Source: a virus
Taxonomy: Duplodnaviria > Caudoviricetes
Strand: one strand, 5' to 3'
Length of the DNA stretch: 31,120 bases
IMG/VR virus record: IMGVR_UViG_3300037195_000145
Span: 1-31,120 of that record
Shown piece by piece: positions 9,216-16,912 of the stretch. Position numbers and translations under genes: made by a program. Within the stretch, counting starts at the first letter, position 1; every line of letters begins with the position of its first letter. Under the pieces are notes generated by a model. It had not been told where the DNA came from, searched no databases, and saw nothing but the letters and a program-made list of their open reading frames with translations.

Positions 9216-9690
9216 AAAAATCTTCTAATTCCCAGCTTTCTTTTATCTTAATACTTAGGTTGTTTATCATTAGTGAAATAGTAGAGTAGCTTATATTACT
9301 TTTTTTACTGAAGCTCTTTTTATTTCCTCTGCATAGTATCAACTGTTGCAGTAGTATTTTATCCATTCCCGATAGATTGTTTATTAGTTCATTTAGTCTT
9401 TTTTCGCTAAATCTTTTTTCGTGTTTTATTTCAGTACCGTTTAGTTCTGAAAAGTGCTTATCTGGAAATACATAAGTTTTATAGTATTTACTTTGTTTAG
9501 AATATAGCATCAACAGGCAACATTTATAAACGTAACTTCTTAGCATTTCTTGATCTTCTAATACTTTTAAGAAGTCTATGCCTTTTTCGTAAAGGACCAG
9601 CAGTACTTCTTGTTTATAATCATCTAAGAACTTAACGCGATAATGTTTTCCGATGTTAGAAATGTTTTCTTCCATTTCAGATATTAACAT
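9208..9690 (-). CDS. Sigma-70/ECF-like transcription factor
   Basis: Region 2-like DDYKQEVLLVL...LRSYVY and region 4-like HTH (INNLS...FSKKSNISYSTISLMI); lies just before the late genes. Confidence 0.65.
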   Translation of the reverse strand: MLISEMEENISNIGKHYRVKFLDDYKQEVLLVLYEKGIDFLKVLEDQEMLRSYVYKCCLLMLYSKQSKYYKTYVFPDKHFSELNGTEIKHEKRFSEKRLNELINNLSGMDKILLQQLILCRGNKKSFSKKSNISYSTISLMINNLSIKIKESWELEDFYE

Positions 9691-9708
9691 AGTTCATAGC
9701 GTAAAGCG

Positions 9709-9716
9709 TAAAGTTA
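9709..9716 (-). promoter_or_regulatory. Possible -7 promoter variant TAACTTTA upstream of the sigma-like gene
   Basis: One mismatch to TAnnTTTG, in the 48-bp intergenic gap. Confidence 0.35.
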
Positions 9717-9738
9717 TGTAATTTTTTTAATATGCTTT

Positions 9739-10089
9739 TTATCTTAAATCTTCTAGTTCTTTAATGATGTTTAAAAAATCTTCTAGTTCTAAAGCTATGT
9801 AATCTAAAGAATGATTTTTACGAAAGACTACAACAGGCATTGTTCGGGCTGGTGCATCGTTTTTACTTTGTTGTAACGCTTTCCAAATGTTTAGTTTCTC
9901 TTGGTTCTTACATTCCCAGCTAAACTCGCTTATTATACTATTGTCGTCAATGCAGATTATATCGCCTTTGAAATTAAGCCCACCGCTTAAAGGTGTGCGT
10001 CTTACGTTAGTTTCAAACTTCTTGTTAATTTGTTTAGCTACTTCCCTTTCAAATCGTTTTCCCTTTTGTTGACTACTTTTGCCGCCCAT
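9739..10089 (-). CDS. Holliday junction resolvase (Hjc-like PD-(D/E)xK)
   Basis: KGKRFERE...GDI...ECKNQ...PVVVFR motifs. Confidence 0.85.
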   Translation of the reverse strand: MGGKSSQQKGKRFEREVAKQINKKFETNVRRTPLSGGLNFKGDIICIDDNSIISEFSWECKNQEKLNIWKALQQSKNDAPARTMPVVVFRKNHSLDYIALELEDFLNIIKELEDLR

Positions 10090-10091
10090 AG

Positions 10092-10700
10092 TTAAAATAT
10101 TGTTAGTTGTGCTTGATGTTGTTTTAGTCTTTTAATTGCTGCTTCGTAATAATCTGTATCTAATTCACAAGCAGTTAAATCATATCCTAAATTGTGACAA
10201 GCAATCGCAATGCTTCCACTACCTAAATGAGTTTCTAATATTTTATCATTTTCTTTTGCATAGTTCATTAATAACCATTCATAAAGTTTAATTGGCTTTT
10301 GACAGGGATGTATTGTTTGTTCTTCTCTATGTATATTCTGCCATTTTAGATGAACATAATCAACTCTTTTTAGTCTTGAATAACTTGCTATCTCACAGAC
10401 TGAAAAATTAGTTTCTCTTTTTACTCCTTTATTCCATATTATAGCGCCACCTTTATTATTAAAGCAATTATAATAATTAGCACCCCAAATAATCCGCTCT
10501 TTACTTACTCTTTGTAACTCTTTAAAATATTCTTTAGAAGGGATATTATTATTCCACCTAACTTCTTTTCCTCTTTTATTACCTGTTTGCTGTACAAAAT
10601 TACCTATTCCATAAGGTGGGTCAACAATAGCTAAATCGAAGTAGTTATCTTCATACCTTGACATCAGCTTTAAATTATCTTCGTTTGTAATTTCAATCAT
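10092..10700 (-). CDS. N6/N4 DNA methyltransferase (beta class)
   Basis: DLAIVDPPY, HPCQKP, ETHLGSGS, CELD motifs. Confidence 0.92.
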   Translation of the reverse strand: MIEITNEDNLKLMSRYEDNYFDLAIVDPPYGIGNFVQQTGNKRGKEVRWNNNIPSKEYFKELQRVSKERIIWGANYYNCFNNKGGAIIWNKGVKRETNFSVCEIASYSRLKRVDYVHLKWQNIHREEQTIHPCQKPIKLYEWLLMNYAKENDKILETHLGSGSIAIACHNLGYDLTACELDTDYYEAAIKRLKQHQAQLTIF

Positions 10701-10773
10701 CTTTACCCATAAATCTTAATATAAAAAAATAACTTAATATTATTATTGTAAAAAATATGTCTGCATCAGTCAT
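10693..10773 (-). CDS. Single-TM micropeptide, 26 aa (MTDADIFFTIIILSYFFILRFMGKDD)
   Basis: Overlaps both neighbours by 8 nt; hydrophobic core. Confidence 0.55.
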   Translation of the reverse strand: MTDADIFFTIIILSYFFILRFMGKDD

Positions 10774-10906
10774 TTCTTTTATCCCACAGCGAGTTACATA
10801 TAGCTACCGCCTGTTCTTTAGTCTTTGCTGACTTATCCCGTATTGTAATTAATACGCATCTTCTTATAAAATCTTTTTTCTTTTCGTGTGGTTTTGGTGT
10901 AGGCAT
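10766..10906 (-). CDS. Small phage protein, 46 aa (MPTPKPHEKKKDFIRRC...QAVAICNSLW)
   Basis: MP.PKP.E...FI.RC...Q..AIC...W pattern, which I recall from other phage proteins; ATG 10906, TGA 10766. Confidence 0.75.
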   Translation of the reverse strand: MPTPKPHEKKKDFIRRCVLITIRDKSAKTKEQAVAICNSLWDKRND

Positions 10907-11546
10907 AATTTAATATTTTAATTTCTGTTGCTTTTATTATTTCTAAACATAATGCTTCAGGTATTTTACTACGTTCATAATTTCCCTTTAATCCCTGAGT
11001 TCCTGTGGTGCTTCCTCGTGGTGCTTCCTCGTGGTGACATTTTTTATTATTATTATAACATTTAGGTATTGGCTTCCATCCATTTTGATTAAATAAAGAT
11101 CTAATATTGTTACTCCAAACATCTGTTGGCTTCATTCTATTGTCGCCATAACTACAATAAGTAATTGTTGTCCGATGAAATTCATTCATAAAATCCATTT
11201 TTCTAAGCATTCCAACAGGGTTTTCTATGTAATATAAACAATTATATTCTTTAATTAATTTAATAACATTCTTAATTAATCTATCGCTTTTTTTTGCAAA
11301 ATCTGTTTTGGGAAGTTGGTTATTTCTATGATGGGAAATTGCTGCTATTGAATAAGTAGTACAGGGTGGTGATGCCCACAGCAAGTGAGGCTTAAAAGGT
11401 ATATCATTAATAGTTAAAAACTCAATATCCTTCACAAGATCAATATCTTTAAAATCATTTATATCAACACTAAAAACATTATGTCCCCTATCATCAGCTA
11501 TTTTACCAACTGACCTACTACCAGCAAATAATTCAATCACATTCAT
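10833..11546 (-). CDS. C5 cytosine DNA methyltransferase (short type)
   Basis: ELFAGS (motif I), WASPPC (IV), IENP (VI). Confidence 0.88.
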   Translation of the reverse strand: MNVIELFAGSRSVGKIADDRGHNVFSVDINDFKDIDLVKDIEFLTINDIPFKPHLLWASPPCTTYSIAAISHHRNNQLPKTDFAKKSDRLIKNVIKLIKEYNCLYYIENPVGMLRKMDFMNEFHRTTITYCSYGDNRMKPTDVWSNNIRSLFNQNGWKPIPKCYNNNKKCHHEEAPRGSTTGTQGLKGNYERSKIPEALCLEIIKATEIKILNYAYTKTTRKEKRFYKKMRINYNTG

Positions 11547-11667
11547 ATTTAACTTTATTATTTTTACGATTATAATAATCTACTTTCTTTTTAAGTTTTT
11601 TAAGATCCTTATCAGGTGCTTCTACTATTACTTTGTTGCCGTCTTTATTGATCCAAGTTGCTTTCAT
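11533..11667 (-). CDS. Basic hypothetical protein, 44 aa (MKATWINKDGNK...)
   Basis: ATGA-coupled to the upstream peptide; overlaps the MTase start. Confidence 0.6.
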   Translation of the reverse strand: MKATWINKDGNKVIVEAPDKDLKKLKKKVDYYNRKNNKVKYECD

Positions 11668-11750
11668 TTTCTTATTTCTAATCCAATTAATAACCCGAAT
11701 ATAAAACAAACTATATATCCTAAAATTATATATAACATTATTTCAGTCAT
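11664..11750 (-). CDS. Single-TM micropeptide, 28 aa (MTEIMLYIILGYIVCFIFGLLIGLEIRK)
   Basis: ATG 11750, TGA 11664, coupled on both sides. Confidence 0.6.
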   Translation of the reverse strand: MTEIMLYIILGYIVCFIFGLLIGLEIRK

Positions 11751-11820
11751 TATTTAAAAACATATAATAAATACACATTCCTATTAGTCCGATCATTGTT
11801 AATAATATTATAGCAGTCAA
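11743..11820 (-). CDS. Single-TM micropeptide, 25 aa (MTAIILLTMIGLIGMCIYYMFLNND)
   Basis: TTG start overlapping the upstream TGA (TTGA); hydrophobic. Confidence 0.45.
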   Translation of the reverse strand: MTAIILLTMIGLIGMCIYYMFLNND

Positions 11821-12110
11821 AATTCACTTAGTTTTTCAAGTTTCTTAATGTCGTTTTTAAGCTCTGCTATTACTCTAAAGTTCTTTAAATTCTGTAACTT
11901 TTCATTACTTAAATCAGTATTTTGTTTGCAACAGAAATCATATAAATCATTAATAAGCTCTATCGTTCTTTTCATCAAATCCAATACTTCTGCTGACTTT
12001 TCAGGAATTTTAAAAGTGCCATTATTCTGAATATGTTTATACTTAATTTCTTCAATGAATTTATTAAGATCAATTTTAATTTTTAATATTTCAAAGTTTG
12101 CATCGTTCAT
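11817..12110 (-). CDS. Hypothetical coiled-coil protein
   Basis: 97-aa ORF coupled to its neighbours. Confidence 0.65.
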   Translation of the reverse strand: MNDANFEILKIKIDLNKFIEEIKYKHIQNNGTFKIPEKSAEVLDLMKRTIELINDLYDFCCKQNTDLSNEKLQNLKNFRVIAELKNDIKKLEKLSEF

Positions 12111-12295
12111 AATTCTATAATATTTAATCGTTTTAAGTTATACCATTCGCCAACCTTTAAGCTATCTTCAGTTATTATAACCTCAACACCTTTTGTAGGG
12201 TGGTGCAAGTGATACATATTAACCCTTACTTCTTGTACTACCTGGTACTTATTACAGCTACATAATAACAATATTAAGCTAATTAAAATCTTCAT
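12107..12295 (-). CDS. Small lipoprotein
   Basis: MKILISLILLLCSC signal peptide II / lipobox. Confidence 0.7.
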   Translation of the reverse strand: MKILISLILLLCSCNKYQVVQEVRVNMYHLHHPTKGVEVIITEDSLKVGEWYNLKRLNIIEL

Positions 12296-13268
12296 CTTTA
12301 TCGGTTTCGTACCAATTTACAATTTTTTTATCTAATTTCATTTTAGCTTGTTTTTCAACAGGTGGGCTATTATGTCGCTTTGCATAGATGCCACCAGGCA
12401 AGTAATAAGTATTTTTTTTAATGTCGTAGAACATTTTATATATACCGTTCTTAGATACGCCCTTCGGCTTACTTTTAGCTACTTTAATAAACACTTCATT
12501 ACTTTTATATGGTTCGCCATTTTCATCATTTAGCCCTTCAGGTGGTCGCCATATAATTATCATTAATAGTCCTTTACGAAACCACGCCTGGCCACCAGCA
12601 ATTTCGCGAGGCGTAGGCATAGGAAAAAATGTCTTACCGCTTCTTATAATCGGTGCTTGATCTCTAACGTGGGTTATTACGCAATTATGACGTTCTTTAG
12701 CTCTTGCGTTTTTTCTTATGTCCCCTAATATCCTTTCTATGTATAAGTCTTGCCTACCTTCGTCTTTTGAAAAGTCGTGGGCTAGTTCATTAAAAGGGTC
12801 TATTAGTGTTGTATGTATTGTAACATTTTCTGTTTGTTCTATTTTGTCTACTATGTTAAAAAATGTTTCTGCTGTTAATCGGTTGTCTAAAGGGTCTATT
12901 ATGTAAAAGTATTCAGCTACAAACATTTCAGCACCTACCTTTTCAGCTTCAGACATAGCACCAGGAAACTTTTTTATATATGGCTTTCCAACGTATTTAG
13001 TACATAGCTCTGCTATGATGTCTGCTGTTGTACCCGTTTCAGGTGTAAAAATAACGTGTTTAAGTTTATGCTGTACACTAAGATTAACAAGTACGTCTAA
13101 CCAAAACTCTGTTTTACCATCGTGAGGCGCACCAGCAATGTAGGTAGTACAACCTAACTTTACTGTTATCGGTATATCCCAGCCTATTGTATAGCCTTTT
13201 TGATTACCATTTTCTCTAAGGTCGTTTAGTTCACTTTGTTTATCTTTAACTTTATGCCAGTAGTTCAT
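12279..13268 (-). CDS. DnaB/SF4-like replicative helicase (no primase domain)
   Basis: Walker A AGAPHDGKT, Walker B LIDPFN, VITH motif, follows the initiator. Confidence 0.8.
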   Translation of the reverse strand: MNYWHKVKDKQSELNDLRENGNQKGYTIGWDIPITVKLGCTTYIAGAPHDGKTEFWLDVLVNLSVQHKLKHVIFTPETGTTADIIAELCTKYVGKPYIKKFPGAMSEAEKVGAEMFVAEYFYIIDPLDNRLTAETFFNIVDKIEQTENVTIHTTLIDPFNELAHDFSKDEGRQDLYIERILGDIRKNARAKERHNCVITHVRDQAPIIRSGKTFFPMPTPREIAGGQAWFRKGLLMIIIWRPPEGLNDENGEPYKSNEVFIKVAKSKPKGVSKNGIYKMFYDIKKNTYYLPGGIYAKRHNSPPVEKQAKMKLDKKIVNWYETDKDEDFN

Positions 13269-13898
13269 TTAAGTAGGTGTATAAGATTCGTCATTATTAT
13301 CGTAAGTTCCATTTGATCTGCTTTTCCAACGTGATAAACGTCTTGCTATTGAAAAGCTGGTTTGTTTTTCGAACCTCATCTTTTTGTCATTAGGTCCATG
13401 TTCGGTCCAGTAGCTTTCAAATTCATCTAACATTTTCTCAGGATATTTTTCTTTATGCTCTGCTAAGAGTTTATTAAACTCTGCTTTTCGATTATTCATT
13501 GTTACTTGTTTATTGTTATATTGTTTATTTATACTAACAATGGTATGGCTTTGCTTTGTACTGTGCTTTTGCAGTGCTTTGTCTAGTGATTTGGTAGTTG
13601 ATATTGTATTTTTTACAATAGCAATTATGTTACTTGAGTATTGATTTTGTGATTTTTCTATTAATTTTATAAAGCCCCAATCAATTAGATCGTTTAAATG
13701 TTTAGTATATGTGCGCCAGTTCTTAATTCCAAGTGCTTCCATTACCATTTGCGAAGGAAACCCAAACTTATCCTTCCAGCCTAATCTATTACAATGTTCT
13801 ATTGCAAAGAAATAAATAGCTGAATGAGTAGGATTTATTTTCTCAGGATTATTAAAAGAAAATTCAAACCAGGCTCTTGACAGTTCGTAACTATTCAT
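13269..13898 (-). CDS. Replication initiator / replisome organiser
   Basis: N-terminal winged helix (MEALGIKNWRTYTKHLNDLIDWGFI), low-complexity linker, C-terminal F..YWTE...MRFE...RRL.RW domain. Confidence 0.8.
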   Translation of the reverse strand: MNSYELSRAWFEFSFNNPEKINPTHSAIYFFAIEHCNRLGWKDKFGFPSQMVMEALGIKNWRTYTKHLNDLIDWGFIKLIEKSQNQYSSNIIAIVKNTISTTKSLDKALQKHSTKQSHTIVSINKQYNNKQVTMNNRKAEFNKLLAEHKEKYPEKMLDEFESYWTEHGPNDKKMRFEKQTSFSIARRLSRWKSRSNGTYDNNDESYTPT

Positions 13899-13908
13899 AG
13901 TTTAAAAG

Positions 13909-14017
13909 AAAAAATGCCCTCATATACAAAGCCGTATCAGGTACAAATGCAACCTACTTTATATAATATTGGGCAATAAGTTTAAAATATTTCATTTGTT
14001 AGATTGATACGGTTTTA
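13909..14017 (-). ncRNA. Putative structured 5' leader / attenuator RNA containing a 13-aa uORF (13954-13995)
   Basis: Long stem TGCCC...GGGCA+T6 with inner stems; a 5' CCGTATCA is complementary to TGATACGG inside the stem. Confidence 0.6.
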
Positions 14018-14025
14018 CAAATATA
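14018..14025 (-). promoter_or_regulatory. Bacteroidota -7 promoter element TATATTTG
   Basis: Exact TAnnTTTG match, intergenic, upstream of the replication genes. Confidence 0.7.
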
Positions 14026-14030
14026 GTAAT

Positions 14031-14411
14031 TTATTTTAATTTATTTAAACATAAAAAATCATTTATATTTTCTTGATCTTTAAATATATGTTTTTTATTA
14101 TGTATTAAGTCTTCTACTTCTATTTTATCAAATGGTTTATTTCCTCGTATTATACACACTTGTAAAGTCCATCCATTAAATAATTCTTTGTGTGAATTTA
14201 TTTTTTTTGCAATTACAGCAAGTTGTTTAAATGCGTCTAATTGTTGATAGCCTATACTTTCTTTTTCGTGTTTATATTCTGCCAATCTTATTATTTTCCG
14301 TGCTTTTTTTACTTGTAATAAATCTAAATCTATTGAAGTCATAATTTTGGGTAAATTTTCCCCTATAAACTGATTTAATTCACTATTAAAATATTCTCCT
14401 AATTTTGTCAT
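14031..14411 (-). CDS. Hypothetical protein, PD-(D/E)xK-like
   Basis: IDLD...LAEYKH...Q spacing resembles a restriction-endonuclease fold; very AT-rich. Confidence 0.45.
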   Translation of the reverse strand: MTKLGEYFNSELNQFIGENLPKIMTSIDLDLLQVKKARKIIRLAEYKHEKESIGYQQLDAFKQLAVIAKKINSHKELFNGWTLQVCIIRGNKPFDKIEVEDLIHNKKHIFKDQENINDFLCLNKLK

Positions 14412-14950
14412 AAGATTTCATTTTTAATAAGTGTTTTTATTTCATCCCAGCCCCATTTAACTTTACTTTTATCCATAATTAAAAAATCGCCTTTATATGT
14501 ATTATTGTTTCTATTACTATTGATACTGTCTTTAATAATATCTTTTATATTAATAGCAAAACAATTAGTATAATCTATGTTTGATTTTAAATAAATTGAT
14601 TTTTTATAATTTTCTTTAGGTTCGTTAGTCCACTCATTTAGATTAAAATTAAACTTAAAACACTTTCTTTTTAAGAAACTAATTTCATACCAATTTTCAG
14701 GTATGTCATAATTAACCCATTGAGGGCTAACCTCAACCTCTACAAAGCCTATTAAGTCTTTTTTATAACCTATTTCATTATTATCTACTATATGTTTAAA
14801 ATAACAAAGATCATAATCATATCTATTTTCATAATTTTCATTAAATTCTATATTCCAATCAGTAATATATTCTAATTTTTTTCTAATTATTAATTCTTCT
14901 TTGATATTATAACCTTTAGTAATTCTATTTTTAGTTTTTAATAATGTCAT
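14408..14950 (-). CDS. Hypothetical protein, PD-(D/E)xK-like
   Basis: E...YDYDL...FVEVEV motif; very AT-rich; overlaps the MTase stop. Confidence 0.45.
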   Translation of the reverse strand: MTLLKTKNRITKGYNIKEELIIRKKLEYITDWNIEFNENYENRYDYDLCYFKHIVDNNEIGYKKDLIGFVEVEVSPQWVNYDIPENWYEISFLKRKCFKFNFNLNEWTNEPKENYKKSIYLKSNIDYTNCFAINIKDIIKDSINSNRNNNTYKGDFLIMDKSKVKWGWDEIKTLIKNEIL

Positions 14951-15800
14951 TTTTAATTTTATTAGCGATATGATACATAAATTTAGGCATAACAGAGTTG
15001 CCTATTCTAGCCCATTGTTCATTAAACGAACCTATAAATATAAAATCTTTAGGAAATGAAGAAAGTATTTTTATTTCGTTTATTGTAGGCCTGCGTTCAT
15101 TTCCTTTTTTTTCTTTAAATAATAAGCTGCTTGTTTTCGTTATAGTATAACAAGGCCTGTGCGCTGTTATCCATTCTTTATCAAATTGCCCTCTATTTTG
15201 TTGTATTATATTATCAAATAAACTATTAACTGTTATTATATTTTTAACAGGCTCAGGAAATTCAGGCGTTCCATTTTTAACACCAATAAAAATTAATCTT
15301 TCTCTGCTTTGAGGTACTTCGTAATACATAGAATTCATTAATTTACATTTAACACTATATCCAGTATCTTTTAAAGCTCTCATTATTTCAACAAATCTAC
15401 CCTTCATTTTGCCTCGCATCATTCCTGGTACGTTTTCCATAACAAATACTTTAGGCTGTATTTCATTAATTAATCTTATATATTCAAAAGATAAATTATT
15501 CCTTTGATCTGTAACATCTCTTTTGCCTTTAGCGGACGAAAAACCCTGACAGGGTGGTGACCCATCAAATATATCTAATTGACCTTTTTTTAATCCAGTA
15601 AAGTCTAATATTTCTTGCCCTGTTACTGTTGCTATATCTCTTTGCCATATAGGAACATTAGGAAAATTTAATTTAAATGTTTCTACTGCGTTTTTCTCCC
15701 ATTCAATAGCTAAAAGTTCTTTAAACCCAGCCCATTTATAACCTAAAGAAGAACCACCACAACCTGCAAAAGTTGATATTACTGTTGGTTTACCACTCAT
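14931..15800 (-). CDS. C5 cytosine DNA methyltransferase (Dcm-like)
   Basis: STFAGCGG, GSPPCQGFS, ENVPG, QSRER and GNSV motifs all present. Confidence 0.95.
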   Translation of the reverse strand: MSGKPTVISTFAGCGGSSLGYKWAGFKELLAIEWEKNAVETFKLNFPNVPIWQRDIATVTGQEILDFTGLKKGQLDIFDGSPPCQGFSSAKGKRDVTDQRNNLSFEYIRLINEIQPKVFVMENVPGMMRGKMKGRFVEIMRALKDTGYSVKCKLMNSMYYEVPQSRERLIFIGVKNGTPEFPEPVKNIITVNSLFDNIIQQNRGQFDKEWITAHRPCYTITKTSSLLFKEKKGNERRPTINEIKILSSFPKDFIFIGSFNEQWARIGNSVMPKFMYHIANKIKNDIIKN

Positions 15801-16164
15801 AGCCGCAACTCGGACATTGATGATCTGTTTCTATATCTTCATTAACATCAAATTCAGGTTGATAAGGCTCTTTAATCTCATTAGATTTATAAGTTTTTTG
15901 TAACCATCTATTAACTACCTGTCTTGATGTACCAATTTCTTCACAATAGTTATCCCAACCTTGGAACTTTTGTTCCGAGGTTAAATCTGTTCTTACTCCG
16001 GGTTTAGATAACATCTCTCTTGCAATCCATAGCTCTTCTAATATCTCATTTGTTAAGTTTTTCCATTTATAGAAAAAAGTCTTTGTTTTTTTTACTGAAT
16101 TATCATAATCCCAATCATTAGGAACTGCTGGTAATTCATCTGTCATTACTATTAAATCATTCAT
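15790..16164 (-). CDS. HTH protein with GxRTDL motif and C-terminal CPxCG knuckle
   Basis: PGVRTDL, CEEIGTSRQVVNRWL HTH, HQCPSCGYEW. Confidence 0.65.
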   Translation of the reverse strand: MNDLIVMTDELPAVPNDWDYDNSVKKTKTFFYKWKNLTNEILEELWIAREMLSKPGVRTDLTSEQKFQGWDNYCEEIGTSRQVVNRWLQKTYKSNEIKEPYQPEFDVNEDIETDHQCPSCGYEW

Positions 16165-16165
16165 T

Positions 16166-16429
16166 TTATAATCTATTATATATTAATTGTTCTTTATAAC
16201 TTAAATCTTCATACTTATAAGTTGGTATACAGCCATACATATTTTCATCATAATAATAAGGCTCATTTTTGCCTTTAATATGTATTATAATCTTTTCATT
16301 ATTATTATGATAACGATGATATTTATAAATTTTAGAAGCTGAACAGTTAAATTTAACTGCTATTTCTTTATAATTAAAGCCCTTCAGAACTAATAAACCT
16401 ATTTTAGCAATTTCTTTTTTCGATAACAT
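16166..16429 (-). CDS. HTH DNA-binding protein
   Basis: GFNYKEIAVKFNCSASKIYKY. Confidence 0.7.
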   Translation of the reverse strand: MLSKKEIAKIGLLVLKGFNYKEIAVKFNCSASKIYKYHRYHNNNEKIIIHIKGKNEPYYYDENMYGCIPTYKYEDLSYKEQLIYNRL

Positions 16430-16454
16430 ACCAACCTTTTTTAAGTAGGATATT

Positions 16455-16829
16455 TCAGAACGGTAGATCGTTATCCGTTTCTATATCGCTAACGGGTTCT
16501 TCTAACTTCATTTCTGTTTGATCTTCGTCTTTAGCTTTAAACACTTTCCAGGCTTCAAGCGTTGTGAAATATCGTTCTTCCCATTGTCTGCATTTTATGT
16601 TGAAGTCAACGTCTATAATATCATCAACTTTATTATACTTTAAAAAGTTTTCTACTTTATCTGAACCGAATATTTCAAAACAATATAAGTTATTATATTC
16701 TGCGTCTGTTGTTAAAGTAAATTCTACTTTTTTCCAATCTTTACCAGCCTTAGAAGTACCTTTCCTGACTTGCATTACTTTGTCAATTTTTCCTGTTACT
16801 TTCATTTTTATTTGTTTTGTTACTTTCAT
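16455..16829 (-). CDS. DUF3127-type single-stranded DNA-binding protein
   Basis: G.SKAGKDWKK.EF...V.FNI..R.W..RYFT.L.AWK OB fold with acidic DNDLPF tail; alternative ATG at 16805. Confidence 0.85.
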   Translation of the reverse strand: MKVTKQIKMKVTGKIDKVMQVRKGTSKAGKDWKKVEFTLTTDAEYNNLYCFEIFGSDKVENFLKYNKVDDIIDVDFNIKCRQWEERYFTTLEAWKVFKAKDEDQTEMKLEEPVSDIETDNDLPF

Positions 16830-16841
16830 TTTTATTTGTTT
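16794..16841. repeat. 24-bp perfect tandem duplication of the SSB start region
   Basis: tgttactttcatttttatttgttt at 16794-16817 and 16818-16841. Confidence 0.95.
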
Positions 16842-16842
16842 T

Positions 16843-16907
16843 AAAAAGGATGGATGCTTTTTTAAAGCTATATAGTTCCAAACGTCATTGTATAGCTTCC
16901 ACCCTTT
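16843..16907 (-). promoter_or_regulatory. Structured intergenic RNA element / attenuator upstream of the SSB gene
   Basis: AAAGGGTGGA/TCCATCCTTT outer stem, AAGCTATA/TATAGCTT inner stem, T5 tail. Confidence 0.55.
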
Positions 16908-16912
16908 AATTA

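Noticed and set aside
15790-15800. Frameshift fusion of the HTH-CxxC gene with the C5 methyltransferase
   Set aside because: No slippery sequence, and the MTase has its own ATG overlapping the upstream stop, so translational coupling suffices
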